Source: a virus
Lineage: Duplodnaviria > Heunggongvirae > Uroviricota > Caudoviricetes
Length of the DNA stretch: 40,883 nucleotides
IMG/VR virus record: IMGVR_UViG_2909314774_000005
Strand: one strand, 5' to 3'
This document shows, piece by piece, positions 1 to 8,695 of the stretch. A program made the position numbers and the translations under genes. Below the pieces are notes generated by a model that did not search any database, was not told the DNA's origin, and saw nothing but the letters and a program-made list of their open reading frames with translations. Every line of letters starts with the position of its first letter. Positions within the stretch are counted from its first letter, which is position 1.

Positions 1-390
1 TTACTCTTTTTTCTCCGTATCTGCATCGGGTTCATCAGCAAATAGCTTGCCCTGCATCCGATCCAGTTCTTCTTTTCTTACCCGCTTAACCACGCTGTAG
101 ACCCACTGAAGCGAAACACCAAATTTGCGGGCCAGTTCGTGGTGGTTGCGTCCGTTAAACTCCCTGAAGATTTCCCGGTCGCGCTGACTGACCTTCCATA
201 CCATGCCCATCGGGAAATAAACGTTTTGCCCGCCCCAGACCTGCATCATTCGGTTCGCGACGGCCTGACCAATCTGGTCGGCAACTTCGGGCTCAATATC
301 AATAATCTCGCGAACGGTCTCAGAGGTATGCTGTGCCAGTTCCACCAGGAGTTCCGGCCCCTTACTTCGAAACTGATTCAGGTCGCTCAT
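1..390 (-). CDS. mor: Mor/C-family transcriptional activator (Mor-like, 129 aa)
   Basis: 129-aa ORF with Mor/C-family signature (GGQ.VY.P ... FNGRN ... C-terminal HTH), same length as Mu Mor; ATG preceded by GGGAG; last gene of the leftward early operon; its stop codon is the first 3 bases of the window. Confidence 0.85.
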   Translation of the reverse strand: MSDLNQFRSKGPELLVELAQHTSETVREIIDIEPEVADQIGQAVANRMMQVWGGQNVYFPMGMVWKVSQRDREIFREFNGRNHHELARKFGVSLQWVYSVVKRVRKEELDRMQGKLFADEPDADTEKKE

Positions 391-811
391 GTTTGACTCC
401 CGCAGCTCTGCGCTGCCACTTCTTCAGTTTCTCAATAACACTGCTTGCCTGTTCAGTACTGAGCCAGCGCAGGGCGCTGATGCCCGTTTCCCGCTTGATC
501 CACCTCGCTAATGCATTTTCTGAACGGTCACGAACAATGCCGGCAGCAGCCATTTCAAGCCATAGCGCACGAATTTTCCTGGACTGCGGATGGTTATCAA
601 GCGGTAAACCGGAGCTGGCTTTTCTGGCTGGTTTAACGCGAAAGCCTTTCTTTTTCATGGATTCCAGCACGCAGTTTAGTTGTGTGGTATCCATTCCTTT
701 GGTTGAGGCTTTACCGGTCAGCCCCTGTAACATCTGGCGGTAGGTGTCTTCATCCATACCCAGTTCATTACGGGCAATATGGATAAGCTGTATCAGGCGT
801 TTTTTCTGCAT
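362..811 (-). CDS. gemA: GemA-like early protein (Mu gp16/DUF1018-like)
   Basis: 149-aa ORF directly upstream of mor, overlapping it by 29 nt, as gemA-mor in Mu; N-terminal LIQLIHIARNELGMDEDTYRQML motif resembles the GemA family; ATG with AGGAG upstream. Confidence 0.7.
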   Translation of the reverse strand: MQKKRLIQLIHIARNELGMDEDTYRQMLQGLTGKASTKGMDTTQLNCVLESMKKKGFRVKPARKASSGLPLDNHPQSRKIRALWLEMAAAGIVRDRSENALARWIKRETGISALRWLSTEQASSVIEKLKKWQRRAAGVKHERPESVSK

Positions 812-812
812 A

Positions 813-1019
813 TCATCTCCTTTTTTTCAGTCTGTCGGCAACAATGTCGGTTGCAGCTGGCAGGGTGACTGGCCAGAACAACATGACGGCGGTCATGTAC
901 AGGATGTAATGCGCGGTGTCGTAGTGCCTGCCATAGCCCAGGGAACGATGAAGTCTTGCGCTGCATGATCCTGCGTACATATACCAGAAAAGAAAACAGA
1001 CAATGGTTTCAGTAGTCAT
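813..1019 (-). CDS. small hydrophobic protein (68 aa, two predicted TM segments)
   Basis: Internal ATG (residue 53) of the 813..1175 ORF, preceded by GGGGAGG; fills the gap between gemA and the upstream gene; hydrophobic stretches FLFWYMYAG and MTAVMLFWPVTLPAA. The longer 120-aa version would heavily overlap 1009..1239. Confidence 0.45.
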   Translation of the reverse strand: MTTETIVCFLFWYMYAGSCSARLHRSLGYGRHYDTAHYILYMTAVMLFWPVTLPAATDIVADRLKKRR

Positions 1020-1239
1020 TCTGAATACCTCCCCATTCGATATGAATATTACGGGCAGCAATGACAGGGTCGTTATTCCACCATGCACCTGACATGTATT
1101 TTTCAACCTGTTCGCGTCCGGCAATAACACCAATTGTGATCCCCGGCCTGACGTTCTTAAAAAAGGCGCGGGCAAAAAGGTATCTGGCAGATATTCGGCA
1201 GGCTTTTAATTTCCGGCTTTTACCTGATAGCGTAATCAT
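1009..1239 (-). CDS. hypothetical early protein (76 aa)
   Basis: ATG overlaps the stop of the upstream gene (ATGA) and is preceded by GGAGG; no recognisable motif. Confidence 0.55.
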   Translation of the reverse strand: MITLSGKSRKLKACRISARYLFARAFFKNVRPGITIGVIAGREQVEKYMSGAWWNNDPVIAARNIHIEWGGIQNDY

Positions 1240-1919
1240 CTGGCCTCCAGTTTCTGTTGTTCCTGCCCACTGACCGGGCGGTGCAGTCTGACGTTCTGCC
1301 CTTCACGAAACCCCGCATAGCGCGAGGCGTCGCCATTGCGGCTTCTTCCCGGTTTACGCGCCCTGGTGGTTTGCGTCTGCGGGTATTTATGTTCCAGCCA
1401 CTGCTGCATCAGTTCACGCTCATCATCGGTCAGGGCAAAGGACTGTATTTCACTGATAACGGCCAGCACCCAGCCTTCGGCAAACTGGTCTCCACGGCTG
1501 GTGCGGGTGGCGGTTTTTATTCTTTTGTTCTGTGCACTGATATACTGCTGACGCGCCTTTTTCAGCTGACGGGCCAGCACTTCCCAGGTGTATGCAGCCA
1601 GTGCCGCACGTTCCCGGTTGCCGTAGAACCCCACAGACGGATGCGTGCCGGGGTGAATGATGGAGTTAACACCAAATACCTCGCGGATGATGTTCATCAG
1701 GCCCAGCATGTAGCGCGGTGGACGGAGACTGCCTGTCGGCCAGTAGTGACTGATGGTTTCATCAATATCACTCATAGCAATGTCGGAATGTGTGATGCCG
1801 TGAACATCCATCAGTTTACGGGCTCGGCGCAGTGCCAGAGCGGCCTCGTGCGGGTTGCCGGATGCGGCCAGCGCCAGCAACTTTTTCAGTTTCTCAATGT
1901 GTTTATTCTGGTCTGTCAT
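1236..1919 (-). CDS. conserved phage early protein, DUF2786-like N-terminus (227 aa from the second ATG)
   Basis: N-terminal KLKKLLALAASGNPHEAALALRRARKLM helix typical of DUF2786-family phage proteins; start chosen at residue 13 ATG, which overlaps the upstream stop as ATGA; the ORF could also start at 1955. Confidence 0.65.
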   Translation of the reverse strand: MTDQNKHIEKLKKLLALAASGNPHEAALALRRARKLMDVHGITHSDIAMSDIDETISHYWPTGSLRPPRYMLGLMNIIREVFGVNSIIHPGTHPSVGFYGNRERAALAAYTWEVLARQLKKARQQYISAQNKRIKTATRTSRGDQFAEGWVLAVISEIQSFALTDDERELMQQWLEHKYPQTQTTRARKPGRSRNGDASRYAGFREGQNVRLHRPVSGQEQQKLEAR

Positions 1920-2131
1920 TGTTCTGTATCTCCGGTATTTTTCTGCCGTTTCCATGCCCGGACAGCGTCGGACAGCTCTTTCAGGCTGTATGCTGCTTTA
2001 AGCTTTTCCCATAACCACTGTGTTGTTATGTGCATCAGCAGGGCAGCCAGGGCTGCCCCCGCACTGAGGCATGTCGCCAGGCCAGTAAGAATCAGTGTCC
2101 ATGCGGTGATTTCCCTGAGTATGTCAGCCAT
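1916..2131 (-). CDS. small membrane protein (71 aa)
   Basis: ATG preceded by GGGAGG; one long hydrophobic segment WTLILTGLATCLSAGAALAALLM. Confidence 0.55.
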   Translation of the reverse strand: MADILREITAWTLILTGLATCLSAGAALAALLMHITTQWLWEKLKAAYSLKELSDAVRAWKRQKNTGDTEQ

Positions 2132-2145
2132 TGAATGCCTCCCGG

Positions 2146-2442
2146 TTACTCGTTCGTGTAAATCACGCCCAGTCGTGCAGCCAGACGTTCCAGTTTTTTC
2201 TGTTTGTGGAAGTCAATCAGCCGGTCCATCCCCTGAAGGCGCAGTTGCTCTGTCATGATTTCCACGTCTGCCAGCTCTGCCGCGAGGTCACTTTCGCTGC
2301 CCTGTCCGTTCAGGTTGCGGGCGGCACTGGCCGCCAGTTCAGCGGCCTCTTCTGCCAGTTTCAGGGCCTGTGCGTCCGGCCCGAAACGCTGCAGGGCCAG
2401 ACGGTAGAGGGCGGTGCGGGTGAGTTCGGTGTTTCGTGTCAT
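2146..2442 (-). CDS. MazG-like nucleotide pyrophosphohydrolase (98 aa)
   Basis: All-alpha MazG/NTP-PPase-like acidic motifs (LAEEAAELA ... ELADVEIM) at the expected spacing; ATG preceded by GAGGG. Confidence 0.55.
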   Translation of the reverse strand: MTRNTELTRTALYRLALQRFGPDAQALKLAEEAAELAASAARNLNGQGSESDLAAELADVEIMTEQLRLQGMDRLIDFHKQKKLERLAARLGVIYTNE

Positions 2443-2451
2443 GCCGCGCCC

Positions 2452-2724
2452 TCAGTGCTTCCGGCTGACGGTGATGTGCAGGCCGCCTTCTGCAGTGGTT
2501 TCCATCCGGTACGGCACCTCATGCTCTGCCGTGTGGGTGAGTGTGTTCATCAGTACCTGCAGGGCAGCCTCCTTTCCGTTGGTCGCCACAATGGCCTGTG
2601 TGGCCATGCTGATTAGCGCCGTCAGGACGTGCTTCACATCGGTGAGGTCGCGGCATTCACACTCGTTGACATAGTGTTCAACAAGGGTTCGGGTGCGCTG
2701 TCGTGCTTCCTGTGGGGTAATCAT
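2452..2724 (-). CDS. hypothetical early protein (90 aa)
   Basis: ATG overlapping the upstream stop (ATGA), GGGAGG upstream; no recognisable motif. Confidence 0.55.
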   Translation of the reverse strand: MITPQEARQRTRTLVEHYVNECECRDLTDVKHVLTALISMATQAIVATNGKEAALQVLMNTLTHTAEHEVPYRMETTAEGGLHITVSRKH

Positions 2725-2915
2725 TGCGAGTCCTCCCTGTCAGGGCGGGAGAATTCCATGACGGGCACGTCTGCCGAAAAATGCTGGCTGCAGTACGGGC
2801 AGACCAGGGTGACGCGTACCGCAGGGATGTGGTATTTACCGGACATCACGGCGATGGCGCTGTGAAAACGCAGGGCTGTTATATCCCTCTCGCACTGAAT
2901 ACATTTAAATATCAT
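2721..2915 (-). CDS. small zinc-ribbon-like protein (64 aa)
   Basis: Two CxxC pairs (CIQC ... CPYC) about 30 residues apart; ATG preceded by GAGGAG. Confidence 0.55.
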   Translation of the reverse strand: MIFKCIQCERDITALRFHSAIAVMSGKYHIPAVRVTLVCPYCSQHFSADVPVMEFSRPDREDSQ

Positions 2916-3012
2916 GATTTAATTCTCCTCTGTTTCCGGCGTGCAGAAGCCCGCGGCGCTGACGTCGGAATAAAAAAGAAAATGTTTTTATTAAATAATT
3001 AACGTGGTGTGT

Positions 3013-3543
3013 TTACTGCACATCCTGCTCAAAAGGAATTATTGAAAAATCCTCAATGTCGCTTTTAATGGAAATACCGGGAATATTTTTCACGGCCTCT
3101 TTTTCATTCAGGATAGCGTCTTTATTTATTTCCTCTTTTACACGAATAAAGCGCTCAAGCCCCAGACGTCTCAGTAATTCAATAACATTATCCGCCCCAC
3201 GGATACTGACTGATGGCGGACGGTTTCGCCACTGCACCTCGCCGGTGGTGAGGTTAGCGAACTTCACCTTCCCGTTGCCGGTCAGTTCATCACGGTGTGC
3301 CTCACACCATGTCTGAATACCGGACTGCAGTTCGGCCATGCGTTTTTTCAGGCTCTCGGTGAGCGGGGCATAACGTGCGGTGATATCGCCAATGGCGTCA
3401 TTCATTTCTGTTTCAGCCCTGACCAGTTCACGTTGTGCGTCACCGAGTAGTCTGATTCCCTCAATGACCTCTTCACGTGTCCCCGGCACCCAGAGTGCTG
3501 CTGCGGCCTTGATACGTTTTGCACCTTTTGTACTTTTTGCCAT
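3013..3543 (-). CDS. gam: host-nuclease inhibitor Gam (Mu Gam-like, Ku-like DNA end-binding)
   Basis: 176-aa ORF, length and sequence character of Mu Gam; position downstream of the B-like ATPase in the early operon matches Mu. Confidence 0.8.
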   Translation of the reverse strand: MAKSTKGAKRIKAAAALWVPGTREEVIEGIRLLGDAQRELVRAETEMNDAIGDITARYAPLTESLKKRMAELQSGIQTWCEAHRDELTGNGKVKFANLTTGEVQWRNRPPSVSIRGADNVIELLRRLGLERFIRVKEEINKDAILNEKEAVKNIPGISIKSDIEDFSIIPFEQDVQ

Positions 3544-3570
3544 TTTTTATGATTTCTCCAGTTGTGCTGA

Positions 3571-3840
3571 TTACCACAAAGATTCCGGCCACACGACGCG
3601 ACAGCCGTGCAGTTCGAAAACGCCCTGACGGAAATATCCCCTGTGGTCATGTCCGGTATACAGATAACAGGCCTTTCCCTGCTCAAGCATGCGCATGCAA
3701 TGCGCACTCCGGGAAACGCGGATGACAGGTTTGTTACCCCTGATGGTGATGCTTTGTACATCCGTGTTCGTCGCCTTAAGCGCCATAATGGCTGACTGCA
3801 CTTTGCTGATTTGCTGGTTGATACCTGTGGTGGATTTCAT
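3571..3840 (-). CDS. hypothetical early protein (89 aa), in the position of Mu kil-region genes
   Basis: ATG preceded by AAAGGGG, begins 3 nt after the ATPase gene stop; no recognisable motif. Confidence 0.5.
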   Translation of the reverse strand: MKSTTGINQQISKVQSAIMALKATNTDVQSITIRGNKPVIRVSRSAHCMRMLEQGKACYLYTGHDHRGYFRQGVFELHGCRVVWPESLW

Positions 3841-3842
3841 TA

Positions 3843-5009
3843 TTAAACCCCTTTGACAACGTCAGCGTTGACCTGTGGAACCCCGATTTCAGCGGCCAGA
3901 TTCATGGCGGCTATTACCAGGTTACTGACGGCCAGCGGATACAGCAGGCTGACCATATTTTTACGGTGACTTCCCGGATTGCTCAGGCGGGCACGTATGG
4001 CATCCACTGCACCGGCGTCCATAATGTCCGTCAGCTGTTTACCGGCCCGTTGCAGTTTGAACGTCAGAAATTCTTCAAGGTTATTGTCCAGAGGCAGAAG
4101 TTCGACCACCTCACAGCGCTGAACGACTTCACGGACTTCCATATTGCGTTCAGACAGTTTTGTCGCCAGTTCCGGCTGGCCAATCAGCACGATGGACAGC
4201 AGTTTTTTGAAACCGGACTCCAGCTCAAAAAAGCGTTTGAGGTGTTTCAGTGTCGGAATGGGCAGACTGTGGGCCTCCTCAATCACCAGAACGTGGCTGA
4301 ACCCCGCCTGGCTGCTGTCTTTCAGGACGCGATGCAACTGGCGAAAACGGGCGTCCTGACTGCGTCTGATGCTTTCCAGTGGTGCGATGGTACTGATAAT
4401 GGCTTCGGCAATAGCTGCTGCCTTCAGGGTTTTCCCTTTCACATCGTTGTCTTCCATAGCGATGATGTATGGCTCGATAACAATTACCGGCGCATTCTCG
4501 CGGTTGATACGTTCAGTCAGGTCGCGGCGCAGCGTGGATTTACCCGCACCGGACTCACCGATGACGGCCATAAACCCACCATGACGGGCTGTCTGGTACA
4601 GCGCCTCACGCACGTAGCGAATGTCCGGGGTGGTGAACACATCATCAGAACCCTGCATGGCTTCGTCGGCGAACGGGTCACGGAAAAGACCAAACGCTTT
4701 TTTGGTTGCTGGAAATAACACCTGTTTTTTGAGTAACATATTCTCTTCCTCACTGAGGCTCGTTTTATCTGTGGTACCCGCTGTACGGGGCGTGGCCGCG
4801 CCCTGTACAGCATCAAAACTCTTCGTTGTATCAATCCCCTGACTTTCCAGCCAGGACGCAAGACGCCGGCGCACTTCTCCGGGGCTGGTGCGGGGCCACG
4901 CGTTATGATTCACAATCTGGGCCAGCGTGGCCTCAGAAACATCGACAGCTCTCGCCACCACCGCCTGTGGAATACGGGCCTCTTTCAGTTGCTGCTTCAG
5001 TACCAGCAT
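3843..5009 (-). CDS. transposition AAA+ ATPase (MuB/TniB-like target DNA activator)
   Basis: Walker A GESGAGKST, Walker B-like VLVIEEAH; start taken at internal ATG (5009) preceded by GAGGAGGG, 10 nt after the transposase stop; the track ORF begins at an upstream GTG (5048). Confidence 0.85.
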   Translation of the reverse strand: MLVLKQQLKEARIPQAVVARAVDVSEATLAQIVNHNAWPRTSPGEVRRRLASWLESQGIDTTKSFDAVQGAATPRTAGTTDKTSLSEEENMLLKKQVLFPATKKAFGLFRDPFADEAMQGSDDVFTTPDIRYVREALYQTARHGGFMAVIGESGAGKSTLRRDLTERINRENAPVIVIEPYIIAMEDNDVKGKTLKAAAIAEAIISTIAPLESIRRSQDARFRQLHRVLKDSSQAGFSHVLVIEEAHSLPIPTLKHLKRFFELESGFKKLLSIVLIGQPELATKLSERNMEVREVVQRCEVVELLPLDNNLEEFLTFKLQRAGKQLTDIMDAGAVDAIRARLSNPGSHRKNMVSLLYPLAVSNLVIAAMNLAAEIGVPQVNADVVKGV

Positions 5010-5019
5010 GTTTCCCTCC

Positions 5020-6789
5020 TCAGTTGCCGTTAACAATGCTGATAACACTGCTGCGGGCCGGTGTGGTCAGCGTGGCCATGACTTCATCCAGTGCGGCTTC
5101 CGGTACGCCGTCCGGGTACTGTGCCGTTAACTGGCGGTAATGTTCCGGCGTCCAGGTAAGGCCGTCGGCGCTGAACTTATCGCGCAGGGCTTTCGCGGCC
5201 TCCACATGAGTCATGGGACGTTGTTCAGTGCGCGGCCCGCGTACGTCAGAGGCCTGACCACGCTTCGGCATATAGGCCGGAAGTGTGGTGTCGTCGATAT
5301 GTTTATACGGGTCAAGCCGCCCGCCGAACGGCAGCGCCTTCGCCTTGCGTGCGGCGGCTGCATCTGCGGCGTTGTCTGTACCGGTAACCAGCGCTTCGGT
5401 TTCTTTTGCCGCCATCTGTGCCGGGGTTTCCGGCAGGGCTTTGTAACTTTCGCCAAATACCGCCGCGCCTTCAGCAAAGCCAAACTCGTTCTTTCTGACC
5501 TCTTCGACCAGGAAGAACGTCTCGTGGCCGTCCTCACCGGTCAGAACCACCTGTGCCACATCGCTGCGCCATGGGTTACGGGTAATCATCAGTTTTTCAC
5601 CAACCAGTACGCCCGGTACCGTTGATACGTCAAATTCAGTGCCCCGGAACGAGACACGAAGTTTTGGCGTGACTTTGCGGAGTTCTGGTGCCGCCACAGC
5701 CAGTTCACGACATACCTCAACGGAAGGCGCTTTTTTCAGCTGCTCAGCAGTAATCTTCAGCCAGATATCCGTGCGGGTTTTACCGTGGCGGCTGTGAACA
5801 GCCGTGGCGTTAAAGTGGCTGCGCCATTTCGCGGCCAGCGCGTTGAGTTCTTCCAGACTGTGAACCGGCCGGAACTTCAGACCCGGCTCCAGCTTGCGTT
5901 CGATAATGTCACGCGCCTTTTCCACCTGTCCGGTGGCGCGGGCGTTATGCGGCTTGTGCGCTATCAGGTCGATGCCCAGTGAGCGGCACATGTTTTTCGT
6001 CATACCCGCGGTGTTTGCCGAGCCGGGGTCGAGATAGAGTATTTTCGGCACGCCGTGCAGCACGTCTGCGCCGCCACGCTCCTGCATGGCGTTGATAAGC
6101 ACAGAACACAGGTTCTCACCTGATTCCGCGCCCGTCACATACTCAACGTAAATCCAGCCGCTGGCATGGTCGGTAATCTCGTAACTCCACACGCGGTCAC
6201 TGGCGATACGGGCAAGGTTAGCGGGCTTGTTCTTGTAGAACTTCGCGCTGTCCATCACCTGCAGCCCTTTATGTCCATTGCTCAGGTAGTAAAGCGTGCA
6301 GAGTGAGGCGTCAATCTGCCAGACATGATTGGGATGCAGACTGGCCACTTCGGTATGTGGTGCAGGGGCATCCAGTTGTTCCGGGTGCAGGCCATAGTTA
6401 CGCAGAGCACGGCTGATGGCATCTTCAGACAACGGGAAAAACTCACTGGTGGTTTCATCTGTTCTGCCTGCGGTGATAAAGCCGTTAGCCCGCAGGGTTT
6501 CCACTGCATCTGCGATGGAATAGAGACGCTTACCGTTCTTGCGGGTGGCCTCACGCAGTGTGGCAGATATCAGCGCGGCTTCGTCGCGGGTCAGGGCGCT
6601 GCGCCCGGCATCGGCGCGTTTTTTGCGTTTATCAGTCACAGATACCTCCTTCAGCCTGCGCAGCAGAGTGGCGCGGGACATGCCAAGTTCAGCACAGGCA
6701 GCGTCGTATATTGCACCGCGTTTACCATGCCCCGCGTCACGTGCCGCGCGGGCTGTTTCAACCAGTTTTTCAGTCAGTGCCGGGGTCAT
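5020..6789 (-). CDS. DDE (rve/integrase-core) transposase of the transposable phage
   Basis: 589 aa; N-terminal HTH; DDE-like triad candidates (VWQIDAS, LYLDPGSAN, GQVEKA) in retroviral-integrase-like spacing; N-terminus unlike MuA as I recall it; sits just upstream of the AAA+ ATPase gene. Confidence 0.85.
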   Translation of the reverse strand: MTPALTEKLVETARAARDAGHGKRGAIYDAACAELGMSRATLLRRLKEVSVTDKRKKRADAGRSALTRDEAALISATLREATRKNGKRLYSIADAVETLRANGFITAGRTDETTSEFFPLSEDAISRALRNYGLHPEQLDAPAPHTEVASLHPNHVWQIDASLCTLYYLSNGHKGLQVMDSAKFYKNKPANLARIASDRVWSYEITDHASGWIYVEYVTGAESGENLCSVLINAMQERGGADVLHGVPKILYLDPGSANTAGMTKNMCRSLGIDLIAHKPHNARATGQVEKARDIIERKLEPGLKFRPVHSLEELNALAAKWRSHFNATAVHSRHGKTRTDIWLKITAEQLKKAPSVEVCRELAVAAPELRKVTPKLRVSFRGTEFDVSTVPGVLVGEKLMITRNPWRSDVAQVVLTGEDGHETFFLVEEVRKNEFGFAEGAAVFGESYKALPETPAQMAAKETEALVTGTDNAADAAAARKAKALPFGGRLDPYKHIDDTTLPAYMPKRGQASDVRGPRTEQRPMTHVEAAKALRDKFSADGLTWTPEHYRQLTAQYPDGVPEAALDEVMATLTTPARSSVISIVNGN

Positions 6790-6804
6790 AGCTTGTCTTC
6801 CCTG

Positions 6805-7122
6805 TTATCCGATTCTGGCGGCAATTTTTCTGGCGAGGTCGCACAGTGTTTCGCCATCGCAGGTTTTCACCACGGTATTTACCGGTTGCGGTGCAACTAC
6901 CGGGCGTAATGCTGACTGATTCTGCAGACGTCTTATCTGCTGCATCAGCATCACCTCCATCGTCAGTACAAACGGGTGCGTCTCCTGTGCGGGTACGCAG
7001 ATTTCACCGGAAGGGGTCACCACGCGGAAACCCTGCACCATCTCCGGCAGCAGATTACACAGTGCGTGCCCCAGTGCCTCCGGGCTGTCCATCAGGGTAT
7101 TTTGTGTGTTATTCGTATTCAT
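6805..7122 (-). CDS. hypothetical early protein (105 aa)
   Basis: ATG overlaps the upstream stop (TAATG), GGAGGAT upstream; no recognisable motif. Confidence 0.55.
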   Translation of the reverse strand: MNTNNTQNTLMDSPEALGHALCNLLPEMVQGFRVVTPSGEICVPAQETHPFVLTMEVMLMQQIRRLQNQSALRPVVAPQPVNTVVKTCDGETLCDLARKIAARIG

Positions 7123-8042
7123 TACTGCATATCCTCCGGTCGGTTGATTTCAGGTTCCGGTTCGGTCAGCCAGGCGGGGGCATCGTTACCCGATGGAGCG
7201 GCCTCAAGGTCAAACGTCTCACGTAATGCATGAACACTGCGTTCAATCTGGCAGACCAGACCGGCCATGAAATCTCTGGGGGTATCGATCATGTTTTTGG
7301 TGCAGTATTCACACAGGGTCTCAAAAACACTGGACAGCCGGACGGCGATAGCCGATTCGGCCTCAACCGCTAATGCCGTCACTTCCGCCCGCAATTTTTT
7401 CAGTTCTTCGTCTGGCGGCGGAGGTTGCAGGCGCGATTTCTTCTCCAGTTTTGTGGCCAGTTCGTTGATTTTTTCGTCCTTTCCGGCAAGCACCTGTTGC
7501 TGAGCTGCGTTGGTTTCGCGCGCTTCACGCAGGGCGGCCTTCAGTTCGCGGCTGGTCATGCGATCAATATCATCAAGCGTTGCACCGGCGACGGTTCCAC
7601 CATCAGCTAATGCGTCGAGTTCTTCGTCATCCAGAACCATCAGTTCATATAACTTGGTTTTTCCCAAAACGCTCAGCGCTGAGCGTTTTGGCTGTTCATC
7701 TCCATTGCCGAGAAATTTCACGCTGGCCTGCATCATGCGACGAGCTACCTGTGGTGCTAATCCGAGGTCGTTTTCCAGAATATTTGTGAAATCACCATGC
7801 GGTTCATTTTCTTTTAAGATGATCAGCCGCTTACCCGCTTCCAACATAGATTCAGCACTCTGCGCCATATAAAAACGTGCTTCGTGAACGATGCGTTCAC
7901 GTTCATAAGGCAGTCCATCACCAAACTGCTGCATGATCTCCATGCGATGCTGTGTCATGGCATTCAGGCTGACGTTGAGATCATCCGACAGCGGTACATC
8001 GGCGTTCAGTTCAGTGTTAATCGGTGATTTGGTACGTCCCAT
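7122..8042 (-). CDS. conserved Mu-like early protein (306 aa, possibly DUF3102-like; coiled-coil centre, Pro-rich linker)
   Basis: ATG preceded by AAGGAG; central EELKKLRAEV coiled-coil-like segment and PPPPDEE linker; family assignment is from memory and unverified. Confidence 0.6.
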   Translation of the reverse strand: MGRTKSPINTELNADVPLSDDLNVSLNAMTQHRMEIMQQFGDGLPYERERIVHEARFYMAQSAESMLEAGKRLIILKENEPHGDFTNILENDLGLAPQVARRMMQASVKFLGNGDEQPKRSALSVLGKTKLYELMVLDDEELDALADGGTVAGATLDDIDRMTSRELKAALREARETNAAQQQVLAGKDEKINELATKLEKKSRLQPPPPDEELKKLRAEVTALAVEAESAIAVRLSSVFETLCEYCTKNMIDTPRDFMAGLVCQIERSVHALRETFDLEAAPSGNDAPAWLTEPEPEINRPEDMQ

Positions 8043-8052
8043 TGATTACTCC

Positions 8053-8367
8053 TTACAAACGACTACCTGAAATGACACGTTGGTTAATTTCGTTAATACG
8101 ATCCTGTGCACGTGCCATCTCGTTACTGTGGGCCATGGCGATCTGCAGTAACTGGATGCCCGGTGCAAAACGTCCGTTCTCCAGTTTCAGAGCCAGCCCT
8201 TCTTCAATGAGGGTGTTGAGTGCCCGGTTGATGTTTGCCGGTGACTCGTGCAGTGCTGTCGCCAGTTCACCGTTAGAAATACCGTTCAGGGCATGACCGC
8301 GCAGCGCTTTGAGTACCCGGAGGATGCGACTGCCGGAGCTTGAAACATTCGTCTTACTCATCTGCAT
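8053..8367 (-). CDS. winged-helix DNA-binding protein (104 aa), second early regulator candidate
   Basis: RILRVLKALRGHALNGISNGELATALHESPANINRALNTLIEEGLA has a MarR/IclR-like wHTH pattern; ATG with AGAGG upstream. Confidence 0.55.
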   Translation of the reverse strand: MQMSKTNVSSSGSRILRVLKALRGHALNGISNGELATALHESPANINRALNTLIEEGLALKLENGRFAPGIQLLQIAMAHSNEMARAQDRINEINQRVISGSRL

Positions 8368-8413
8368 ACCTCTTTTGCGATATGTGATAACCTTTTACAA
8401 AGACTCAAAATAT

Positions 8414-8602
8414 TTAGGCCGCCTGAGCTGTTGATTTCAGTCCCAACTTCACGGCGATTTCATGGGATTTACCGTAACGGGCTTTGGTCTGCCCGTTGAG
8501 AACGCGGTATACCTCATTGCGGTTGTAGCCGTTTTCTTCTGCCCAGCGGGTGAAAGTGATCCCGCGCTGGCGGAAGAGAGCTTTGACTTGTTCTGCAGTC
8601 AT
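8414..8602 (-). CDS. Ner-like/Cro-like DNA-binding regulator, first gene of the early operon
   Basis: 62-aa basic HTH protein (FTRWAEENGYNRNEVYRVLNGQ), ATG preceded by AAGGAG; divergent from the repressor gene across a palindromic operator. Confidence 0.75.
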   Translation of the reverse strand: MTAEQVKALFRQRGITFTRWAEENGYNRNEVYRVLNGQTKARYGKSHEIAVKLGLKSTAQAA

Positions 8603-8654
8603 CGTTGTCTCCTTTGTTGATGCAATGATGTTTGCCTTATATGTGTTAGATTAT

Positions 8655-8672
8655 TGCTCATAATTATGAGCA
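8655..8672. promoter_or_regulatory. 18-bp perfect palindrome TGCTCATAATTATGAGCA in the divergent repressor/early-operon control region
   Basis: Read directly: 9+9 perfect inverted repeat centred in the 93-bp AT-rich spacer between the ner-like start (8602) and repressor start (8696). Confidence 0.5.
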
Positions 8673-8695
8673 TATCAAGATAGAGATTCACTTTT

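Noticed and set aside
1257-2258. 333-aa + strand ORF (and 1336..1551, 1832..2014) across the early region
   Set aside because: Antisense to several well-supported - strand early genes with SDs and start/stop coupling; Arg/Ala/Pro-rich low-complexity translation typical of a GC-rich antisense frame.
3966-4718. 250-aa + strand ORF and neighbours (4144, 4369, 4621, 4826, 4927) inside the ATPase/transposase genes
   Set aside because: Antisense shadows of the AAA+ ATPase and transposase genes; no independent start signals recognised.
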